The position numbers and the translations under genes were made by a program. Under the pieces are notes generated by a model, which did not search any database, was not told the origin of the DNA, and worked only from the letters and a program-made list of their open reading frames with translations. Shown piece after piece: positions 52,401-58,400 of a DNA stretch of 64,000 bases. Source of the stretch: an uncultured Gammaproteobacteria bacterium (GTDB lineage Bacteria; Patescibacteriota; Microgenomatia; UBA8517); NCBI GenBank assembly GCA_964427735.1, contig CAYRUS010000002.1, forward strand, positions 131,734 through 195,733, in the 5' to 3' direction. The number at the start of each line of letters is the position of its first letter. Position 1 is the first letter of the stretch.

Positions 52401-55400
52401 ACGGAGTGGTTAACAACCTCACTGTGACTAGTGATTATGGATATGGTGTAAGAAACACCATCACCTCAAGCAGTACTGGATTTAACTCAATTTATGGCGT
52501 CAGGTCAGACTTAACCTCAGCTGGTACTGACTCTCTAGGAATCAACAACGCTTATGGAAATTTTAATATTATCAAGGGAACCAATGACGAATTTGCGCAA
52601 AAGCTGTTCGGATCGTACACAGAATTAACTACCCACGCAAATGATCTAGGATACGGCATGATGGTAACCAACGCAGCAGCCTCAACTGGAGGTACTACCT
52701 ATGGAGTTTATCTTAATCTTACCGACACGGATGTGACTCGCTACGGTATTTATGAAGCCGGAGGCGCTACAAACTACTTCGAAGGTAGTATTGGAGTTGG
52801 AACCAACAATCCAGGTGCAAAACTGGATGTTCAAGGAGGGCTAAGATTAGGAGCTGATACAGGTGCAAATAACATCTTAAATACAACTGCAGCAGCAGGA
52901 GCAGCGAGCGGAGATCTTTACTGGGGAGACAAACTTCTTTGTGATTCAAGCGAGTCAAACTGTGGTTGGACTACTAGTTCAAGTGGATCAAATTACTGGA
53001 CTGCAGATTCAGGTGTACTCTCTCCAAACGGTACTGACGGAGAAGTTATTGCTGCAACATCCTCAGCTACGACAGTTGCTACATTTACCTCAGAAGGGTC
53101 AAATGATGCTCTAAAAGCCGGCTCTACTGATAACTACTTTACAGTTGGAAATGGTGGACACGCTAGACTGGTTGATGGCTCTGTCTCAACTCCTGGACTT
53201 GGATTTGTTAACGATCCTGATACTGGAATTTATAGATCTGCTTCTGACACACTTGATTTTACTGCAGGTGGAGTTAGAGGTCTTTCTATCAATACAATCG
53301 CAAGCGGTGTGAACTACTTGTCTCTTACCCCTTCAGCAACCGGTAATTCAGTTGACCTAGGAGTGGCAGGAAGTGATGCTAATATTGGACTAGATATTGC
53401 AAGCAAAGGTACAGGTTCAATTTCATTTACATCTGGAAATATAACTGGAACTGGATCATCAAGTTCGTTTGTATTTAATGCAAATGCCTTAACCTCCGGT
53501 TATGGAATAGATTTGACATCAACCTCTACAGGACTTACTACAGGAAGACTGCTTAATCTCTCATGGGAACCAGGCTCTGCAACTACAGCTACAGGTGATC
53601 TATTCCGATTAAACATTGGGGCAAATGGAAATATAGGCAATCTGTTCCATATCACAGACAATGGCTCTACCCTCTTTAGAGTAAGCGAAAGCCAAATAGA
53701 ATCAGCACTTCCTCACGCATTTACAGCTACAGGAGATGTCTCTGTTGCTTATGACCTTGTCTTTACAAACCAATCATCAGGTGAAATTCAATCTTATGGA
53801 CCATTGACTATAGCTTCTGGAGAAAGATTTGAAAACAATAACTTAACTCTTAGAACCTACGGGACAGGAGATTTGGTAGCAGACTTAGGAGCATCTGGAG
53901 AATTTATCCCGGGAACAGATGATGCACACAATTTAGGAAACAGCACCAATAGATGGAAAGAGGTATTCTCTGCTCTTGGAACAATTAACACATCTGATGC
54001 AAGGCTCAAAACTGATGTAGTCGAAATGGATTATGGACTAGAGACACTTATGCAACTTAGACCAGTTAGTTACACACTCAAAGGAAACGAAGAAAGTGGA
54101 ACTCAATTAGGATTAATCGCACAAGAAGTTTTAGGAATTATTCCAGAAGTTGTGAGAGTTCCAGAAGACATTAATAATGGCTATTATGGAATTCGATACT
54201 CCAGCTTAATACCAGTATTAATAAATTCAATTCAAGAACAACAAGAAATTATAACTAATCAAAAAAGTCAGCTTACCACTCTACAATCAGACTTAGCATC
54301 CATCAGCACTAAAGTTGGTAATATTGAGTTAAACTCTACAGGAGAAATTGCAAGTATAGCAGCTGACTTAATTGCAACAAATGAAATTAAAGCTAGAAAT
54401 GGAAATCTTGAAATTGATCTTGCTGAAAGCAACGCAGAAGGTAAATTAGTGATAACAGGACAAAATGAAAAAACTGTAGCAGAAATAGATAGCGAAGGAA
54501 ATGCCAGATTTGATGGAAAAATTAAAGCAGAAGAAATCAATACTCAAAACCTAGAAACTGAAAATGCTACAGTTTCTGGCGAGCTAAGAGCAAAGAAAAT
54601 AATAGCTGATGAAATAATTGGATTTGAATCAAACTCTATAACCAGATCAGAAATCGAAGCAATGCTTGCAGAGTACGAACAAGATCAATCTTTACTTAAT
54701 GAAGCTTCAGAATGGGAATTAGGAACTACTGAAGGAGTTGCATCCCTAACTGAACTGATGACAGAAAATCTCTATGTTACTCAAACAGCAGCATTGGATT
54801 CATTATCTGTTTCAAACTCTGCAGTAATTGGTGGAGATATTATAATTTCACCTTCAAATATTGAAGCAGGTCTTGGAAATAGCATTAATACATTGACTTC
54901 TCCTCTCGAACTTCAATCTGCTGCATCTCAACCATTGAAGATCATGGCTGGTTTAGTAACTATTGATACAAATGGTAATGTAACTATCTCAGGAGATTTG
55001 GCTGTTGCTGGAAAAGTAACAACATCCGGAATAAACTTGGTACAAGATGATACACAAGAGGCTACTGAAAGCGCAACTGTACTTTCTGTTACCGATAAAG
55101 AAGGCTCAGAAGTAGCAACTGTAACAGCAACAGGTTCGGCTACATTTAAAGAATTGTCTGCAGATCGATTTGCAGTAAAACAGGACGAAGAAGCAACCTC
55201 GACTGAAAACTCTGCCGGTACAACATTTACAAACAATGCATCAGCTGGATCTGCAATAATTCCTGCTGGATCAAAACAAGTAATAATCAAAAATAATATA
55301 GTAAAAGAAAATTCGCTGATTTTTGTTACACCAACATCACCAACACCTAATACTATATATATAAAGGATCAAGTAGAGGGTGCATTTATGGTTGGATTTG

Positions 55401-55456
55401 ATACTGGAACTCAAGACGAGGTTAAATTTAACTGGTGGGTGGTTGATGTCCAATAA
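43499..55456 (+). CDS. giant (3985 aa) membrane-anchored fibre-like surface protein: N-terminal HTH_17-like domain, single TM, ~3,200-aa Ser/Thr/Gly/Asn-rich repeat ectodomain, then a phage tail-spike-type intramolecular chaperone auto-processing (peptidase S74-like) domain and a C-terminal coiled-coil
   Basis: One uninterrupted ORF. aa ~15-65 'LSIHEAADYLNVSRKTLRRWEKTKVLIPLRTSGGHRRYTKDQLDKF' is an HTH. TM 'VSYFFVFLLLFGGFVYSV' at nt ~44039-44092. Recurring 'xGNVGIGTTxPxxxLHVxGD' tail-fibre-like modules. nt ~53918-54270 'SDARLKTDVVEMDYGLETLMQLRPVSYTLKGNEESGTQLGLIAQEVLGIIPEVVRV...YSSLIPVLINSIQEQQ' matches the conserved S74/CIMCD signature. Near-identical internal DNA repeats are listed separately. 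Confidence 0.8.
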   Translation: MSIFNTCPMPNSTKVYLSIHEAADYLNVSRKTLRRWEKTKVLIPLRTSGGHRRYTKDQLDKFKKIKGRKRITSKVKTKVFENKTSQAVQLPTLSNTNKTQERTSEDSNINLLDTNINNSPKDEYIDYNDNHEHTIKYHKDHIPIIETETPSQITTENLILPQNNIQTNSKPKNNASKLRSVSYFFVFLLLFGGFVYSVKALPGVDLNISKGIKSSMAGSSNSGNIQSAFERVLAATSFNLSLLRVNVNSIFEEDIAINGENITTSSDTINLFNENATTISFGGEAEAINIGAPTGTTVINNALNVGLDLAVNGNLSVVGIATLNTLTLGADTITDITGDGLIVVDGALTSTFGSSIDSTDITDGTISSVDLNISNSPSDGLILAYDESTGGFTWVVDQTGAGGSLFTDAGTVTYLTDTTDDLVIGGTVALSSSKVSIDGDSDQIQFLVQGNSTQTTNLAVFEQSDGTDVLTIDNSGNLITAGSISAATNETINGIDISAGTISDVVNLLINAGGDLSIGGIGLSDTGANNLTSGASLIGVFDEFTNSNSTTLQAVLNDLDAAIGSGSSKWTQDVGFIYLTNSTDSITIGGNTELGKLAIAGDADELQFVVRGNATQTANLATFENSSGDDLLAVTSMGDLLSGFTQLDGSSTANGAGAASKTLVLQAGGGANFDIGNYVRIDSTNCDGAADTCYSKIRGKSGDTLTLSNSLTWANGSVVLEYHIPEVGGTNLADTLDNRYGLGYFISGVTTGNASTFYGDGEITTSSVTNLNSKSLSIRTGNSVVSGNSGDIIIDTGSAEGTAGTISIGENNTSGITIGHSGINTTISGNLIFNSQTINNFTGNGLTTSSDALTIQLTNAADELSSTTSSGSGLEVLSSGLTLLQGCDNGQVLKWNESNNSWECANDTGASSAVINVENNDVEVGTDVDTLDFSTDFILTASPSNEVNISIADDVINFTEISDSLTLDANTNVALGALTFSTSGTGSLDFNSTGQVSFAGNVDAENGLDVTGSSLTVGGTAFVVGTDGTISAGTWSGTAIAAQYGGTGIDTSGATGVPYVSSGIWNTESTLSLSRGGTGASLTDPNADRILFWDDSANSTAFLTVGSGLSLSDTTLSAVDTSATNELQNLFSTISVSGQSNVVADSITDTLTLAAGSNISITTDASNDIITIAASDSDTNNFTTSIAFTGTSTKTLTLTRNGLADLTANFTDIGFDNPMTTAGDIIYGGVSGTATRLAGSANDGYVLKFDANTNAPFWAELIDNDTNYWELSEGILSPDTSQNAEGIAATSSATTVATFTSTGSNDSFWAGSVGNYLTISSTGGLTVPGATNLNGSFSLGDGGDTGSINTSTWDISSTGAITGATYEGLTITTTTGTLTIASGKTLTANNSLTLVGNDSDTWTFPSASGASGTVVGTDESQTLTNKTLTSPRIGTSILDTNENPLFSLSATGSAVNYLTYANAATGNNPTWTATGSDTNISLTTLLKGTGAVLFGSTIANSDTISIKPQTSTTTNPFSGTITSEDLTADRTWTFQDADGTLAFLSDIPTSDNYQYWTLSDGSNTAQINSTETFQINTGTGITALVAEGSPNTLTLSVTDDSDTNELQNLFSTIAVSGQNNVVADSITDTLTLAAGSNISITTDDTNDIITIAATDTNTTYSAGNDLDLSGTQFNIESELNFVTSINPTNSALSLASNGSGNDINLTSANAIAFDDATLTTAITLTDTDTAFDSGHTAIVDAINAAYNAATGGGAGLWEVNSGVLNPSSLTQDLAIGGTDNTAALFFDTSTSALTLNPFGTSTGNTGELRLTELAAEGTNYTGFKSPDSLDANLMYTLPSSAGSNNYVLTTDGSGGLSWQAVGDVGAGSGDVTAVGDCSGNDCFTQSGTGNTLYFEGATANDFEIALTTTGDPDQDYTITLPNASGEITVLGQSIDLTSEVTGVLPLASGGTGASLTDPNADGILFWDDSANSTAFLTVGSGLSLSDTTLSAVDTSATNELQNLFSTISVSGQSNVVADSITDTLTLAAGSNISITTDASNDIITIAASDSDTTYTFTNGLTESGGTAKLGGTLTENTTLTTDTFAFIVDSLNFDGTTIGLTSDTDLLSLSSGALTVNGTGTFTGDLTASADLIVSGRGSFSHGNNQGLNIPTVAGTPSAVTGTSEGDIVYDSTGDALYIYDGSQFSQIGGGGYSGWTLTGDTGSQVISSGDTVSVIGGTNLTSVVTATDTLTLNLDDNITLAGTTGITLTGTGSGITFENSSIITNPSASVFAFGDSTNTLSLNLAAESAGSIDFTTNDTVNLTLNPGGNVGIGTTDPSEMLHVAGDVLFEQNLAINDASIHDNYVINMKVGNTTSGSGHRGINMSGENISKNVTGLFLSVNNTSANTTGVNTFVIGTDAASLYGASNILITNYAAYGVNNSITAKDDATQQRLYGTRTELTTYTNDVGYGLFVKPSIFATGGTQYGAYFDFTSSNTTNYGVYQTGEATNYFAGTVGIGDDAPDFALQIGEVAAGVDTANGVGIAGDLQVDDFALINALRVGSTATDPGDGNAYIEGNLTVNGRGIFTHGNNQGLNIPTVAGTPSAVTGTSEGDIVYDSTGDALYIYDGSQFSQIGGGGYSGWTLDGDTGTPESINSSDTVTFAGGNGLASVVSSTDTLTFNLAALTSDWDQTGANDIILNHADSELKILESTGGTYYATIDAGDLDQDATLRIDSGINLDGNGNTLTLSGNLNVESISAINQDLTTDATGVAFGDLTLAGSAEGTDALTITAGDLTLEDGDLVLSSGQFTLNSDDTDVTTDELKAFNLTSSVTFDTTSASLINYGAYISNTSSISSGANTLTNIGLYATASGADNNYAAIFENGNVGIGTTSPTEKLHVSGDALLSGQLALHGASVNDDYAINIGNLSTNQRGINISAGSPTSPVYGVYFDISNPGSTGASYAYYANATNPGDFAGLMTNVTGGRSHGVVNNLTVTSDYGYGVRNTITSSSTGFNSIYGVRSDLTSAGTDSLGINNAYGNFNIIKGTNDEFAQKLFGSYTELTTHANDLGYGMMVTNAAASTGGTTYGVYLNLTDTDVTRYGIYEAGGATNYFEGSIGVGTNNPGAKLDVQGGLRLGADTGANNILNTTAAAGAASGDLYWGDKLLCDSSESNCGWTTSSSGSNYWTADSGVLSPNGTDGEVIAATSSATTVATFTSEGSNDALKAGSTDNYFTVGNGGHARLVDGSVSTPGLGFVNDPDTGIYRSASDTLDFTAGGVRGLSINTIASGVNYLSLTPSATGNSVDLGVAGSDANIGLDIASKGTGSISFTSGNITGTGSSSSFVFNANALTSGYGIDLTSTSTGLTTGRLLNLSWEPGSATTATGDLFRLNIGANGNIGNLFHITDNGSTLFRVSESQIESALPHAFTATGDVSVAYDLVFTNQSSGEIQSYGPLTIASGERFENNNLTLRTYGTGDLVADLGASGEFIPGTDDAHNLGNSTNRWKEVFSALGTINTSDARLKTDVVEMDYGLETLMQLRPVSYTLKGNEESGTQLGLIAQEVLGIIPEVVRVPEDINNGYYGIRYSSLIPVLINSIQEQQEIITNQKSQLTTLQSDLASISTKVGNIELNSTGEIASIAADLIATNEIKARNGNLEIDLAESNAEGKLVITGQNEKTVAEIDSEGNARFDGKIKAEEINTQNLETENATVSGELRAKKIIADEIIGFESNSITRSEIEAMLAEYEQDQSLLNEASEWELGTTEGVASLTELMTENLYVTQTAALDSLSVSNSAVIGGDIIISPSNIEAGLGNSINTLTSPLELQSAASQPLKIMAGLVTIDTNGNVTISGDLAVAGKVTTSGINLVQDDTQEATESATVLSVTDKEGSEVATVTATGSATFKELSADRFAVKQDEEATSTENSAGTTFTNNASAGSAIIPAGSKQVIIKNNIVKENSLIFVTPTSPTPNTIYIKDQVEGAFMVGFDTGTQDEVKFNWWVVDVQ
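46722..47034 (+). repeat. 313-bp intragenic direct repeat, copy 1 (~99% identical to 49341-49653)
   Basis: Direct reading: identical except for a single visible substitution (gatagaatcc vs gatggaatcc). Encodes 'RGGTGASLTDPNAD(R/G)ILFWDDSANSTAFLTVGSGLSLSDTTLSAVDTSATNELQNLFSTISVSGQSNVVADSITDTLTLAAGSNISITTDASNDIITIAASDSDT'. Confidence 0.9.
48301..48465 (+). repeat. diverged (~85%) third copy of the 3' part of the 313-bp intragenic repeat
   Basis: '...TNELQNLFSTIAVSGQNNVVADSITDTLTLAAGSNISITTDDTNDIITIAATDT' at protein level; nucleotide similarity clear by eye. Confidence 0.7.
49341..49653 (+). repeat. 313-bp intragenic direct repeat, copy 2
   Basis: See copy 1; offset 2619 nt (a multiple of 3, so the frame is preserved). 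Confidence 0.9.
49922..50092 (+). repeat. 171-bp intragenic perfect direct repeat, copy 1 (identical to 51203-51373)
   Basis: Encodes 'HGNNQGLNIPTVAGTPSAVTGTSEGDIVYDSTGDALYIYDGSQFSQIGGGGYSGWTL' in both places; offset 1281 nt (in frame). Confidence 0.9.
51203..51373 (+). repeat. 171-bp intragenic perfect direct repeat, copy 2
   Basis: See copy 1. Confidence 0.9.
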
Positions 55457-58400
55457 AATGAAAAAACTAAAAAGACTAAAAATATTTAGAACAAAAAAAC
55501 AGAGATTATTAGCCTTATTTATGCTAGTGGTCTTTTTAGGATCTATCGTACTTTTTAATTTAATTTTTATTAAAGATGCAAGCGCTGCTTGGTGGGACGA
55601 CAACTGGGCTTACAGAGTAAGAGTACCTGTAACAAACAATACAACTACAGAGACAGACGTATACATTGTCTTTGATGGAGACACACTATTTATAGACACA
55701 TCTGATACAAATAAATTTCAGGCAGATTGTGGTGACTTAAGATTCCTAAAAGAAAACGGAGATCTTCTTCCCTATCGCGTAGTCTCTGGATGTGGTACTG
55801 CAAATACAGAAGTTCATGTCAATTTTGACAAGTTTCCTACGGGATCACAAAACATATACTATTATTATGGTAATCCCGATGCTCCAGATGGTTTTGTCAC
55901 CTCTTCTTTTTCTACAGAAGCATCTGATTACACAATTGGCACACCAGCCTCAGAAGAAAAAGGTCCGACACCTGCAATTTATTTAAAATTTGATGAAGGA
56001 TATGGAACAACTGCCTTTGATAGTTCCTCAAATGGTAATGATGGTTCAATCTCATCGGCAAGATGGAAAAACAAAGATTACTGCATTTATGGTAATTGTC
56101 TATTTTTTGACGGAATAGATGATGTAGTAACTGTAGCAAATGCCAATTCAATTGACTTTGATAGTGATTTGGCAGACGGGTTTACCATTGGTATGTGGGT
56201 TAGAGTTAATTCAGATGGTGAAAGTTCAACAGGAGAAATTCTAGATAAAGGAACTAACACTTATATTAAAGTTCATTCAGAAGATACTGACGGCAAAGCT
56301 GATTTAGAAGTCAAACTGGACCTAACAACAACGGACGCAAATTTAAATATTACCGATGGGATAACCATTGATAGATGGCATCACCTATCAGTGATATACG
56401 ACGGAAACAGTTCTATAACTGTATACATAGATGGAGAAAATTCGGGAAGCAATACTGGATCCGGAAGTCTGGAAACTGATACCAGTGATTTATTAATTGG
56501 TGGTGATTCAGCGAATAATTTCCACGGCTTTATTGACGAATTTAAAATATACAATTACATCCGTACCGCTAACCAAATACAATCAGACATTATAAATCTT
56601 GCTTCAGATAGAGGCAACAGTGCCACTTTTGGAACTAGTAATAAATTTTTATCAGATGGACTGATGGGATATTGGAACTTGGACGAAGAAAGCGGTAATG
56701 CAACTGATAATAGTGGGCATGGAGTTACTTTAACAAACAATAACACTACTACTTTAACTGGAGGTAAATACGGACATTCAGGTGATTTTGAGAGTTCCAA
56801 CTCTAATTTTTTTAATGCCATCCAGGGAAGTTCAAGCACTGTAAATACTGCCATAGTGAGACAAAATGCTCCAACCACATTTGGGACACAAGACTTTACA
56901 TCTACTGGGTTTGGTACACCAAAAGCAGCACTTTTTATTATGTCAGAAGCACCTTCTGAGGGATCAGTAACCGCAAATGCATCTCTTAGCATTGGTTTTA
57001 CAGATGGGGTTAGTCAATTTGTAAATGCTGTAAAAAGTGTGGATAACGTTTCTCCTGTTGATACATTTACGCAGTTAAGCAATGCTGCTGTCATTGAAGA
57101 AGGAACTACTTCCAGTTCACGAGCACGAGCATCATTTGATTCTTGGATTACAGATGGTGTACGAATCAATTGGGCGAGTAATAGTGGTGGAGGGAATCGA
57201 TTGGTTACTGTGATTTTGTTTGGTGGCGATGATCTTAATGCAAAAGTCACATCTTTTACCACAAATTCCACCAGTGGAAACTCTACAAATGTAGATTTGG
57301 GATTCGTACCAGACCTGGCATTTTTTATGACAGGATCTTCCGGAACATCAACGATCTCAAATGCATGGACGAGCTTTGGTTTTTCCAGTAACACAACTCC
57401 TATCGTGAATAGTTCTGTTAACATTTTCTCTGGCGACAACATATCGACTTCTGAAACATTCATGTTCGCACATACCAACAGAGCCTACTTGAGAATGAGA
57501 TCTAACGCAAGTACAGTTCAACATTCTGCTGAAGTCACGGGTTATATAAGCACACCTGTCCAGGGCATACAGGTTACAACCAGAGATGTAAACAGAAGTG
57601 CGGATATAGCAACATTAGCTTTTAAGTTTAATGATGGAGCAGAATTCTGGGCTGGTATGGTCGATTCTCCAACTACAACCGGTGATCATTCTGTTACCTC
57701 ACCTGGATTCGAACCTTCATTCGTTTGGCAGTTTATGTCAAATGTCACAGCTTTGAATACAAAAATCGACGGGGTCGCATTGGGTTCTTCAACCTTTAAT
57801 TCTACTACAAGTTACAGCAACAGTATGACAGATCAAGACAATGTGTCTACATCAGTTGCAAAATCTCTATCTGAATCAAAAGCAGTTAAACAAAATTTAC
57901 AAAATAACACGACCGGCTTTACAGGAACACTATCTTCTATGGATTCATCAGGTTGGACAATAAATTATACAGATACCCAATCTACTTCAGCTAAATGGCC
58001 TGCTATGGCGATTGGCGGTGGCAACGGTGGAAGTCAATCAGCAACTTCCCATGATCACCTAAATCCACCAGAAAGTCTAACAATTTCTACTTGGATTAAA
58101 CCAGAATCTGTTACTGCTGATACCCAATTTAATATTGTTGGTAAATGGGACAGTAGTGAAGAAGGATATTTGCTTGCTCAATATGGAGATGAAATAAGAA
58201 TGTATATAAATTCAAACTCAAACTATGTAACTACAAATTCTGCCAACCTTTCTACTGGAGTTTGGTACCACATAACAAGCATATATGACGCTCAAGAGCA
58301 AAAAGTAAAAATTTTTATTAATGGTAATGAATCTCCTGCCACAACAACCGGCACAATACCGTCTGCTATTACAAACACCGGAGGAGTTTTCCATATAGGT

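Noticed and set aside
44044-55290. Many 60-150-aa minus-strand ORFs inside the giant gene (e.g. 44044-44493, 46672-47055, 49243-49623, 50074-50508, 54928-55290) and plus-strand ORFs inside 7831-10830 (e.g. 8762-9007, 9632-9919)
   Set aside because: They are antisense shadow ORFs of long, compositionally biased (S/T/G/P-rich) genes. They are repetitive in parallel with the sense-strand repeats and have no start context.
43499-55456. Prophage interpretation of the S74-domain fibre
   Set aside because: No capsid, portal, terminase, tail-tube or integrase genes lie in the flanks. The N-terminal TM anchor and the chromosomal housekeeping context argue for a cellular fibre that borrowed a phage-type folding domain.
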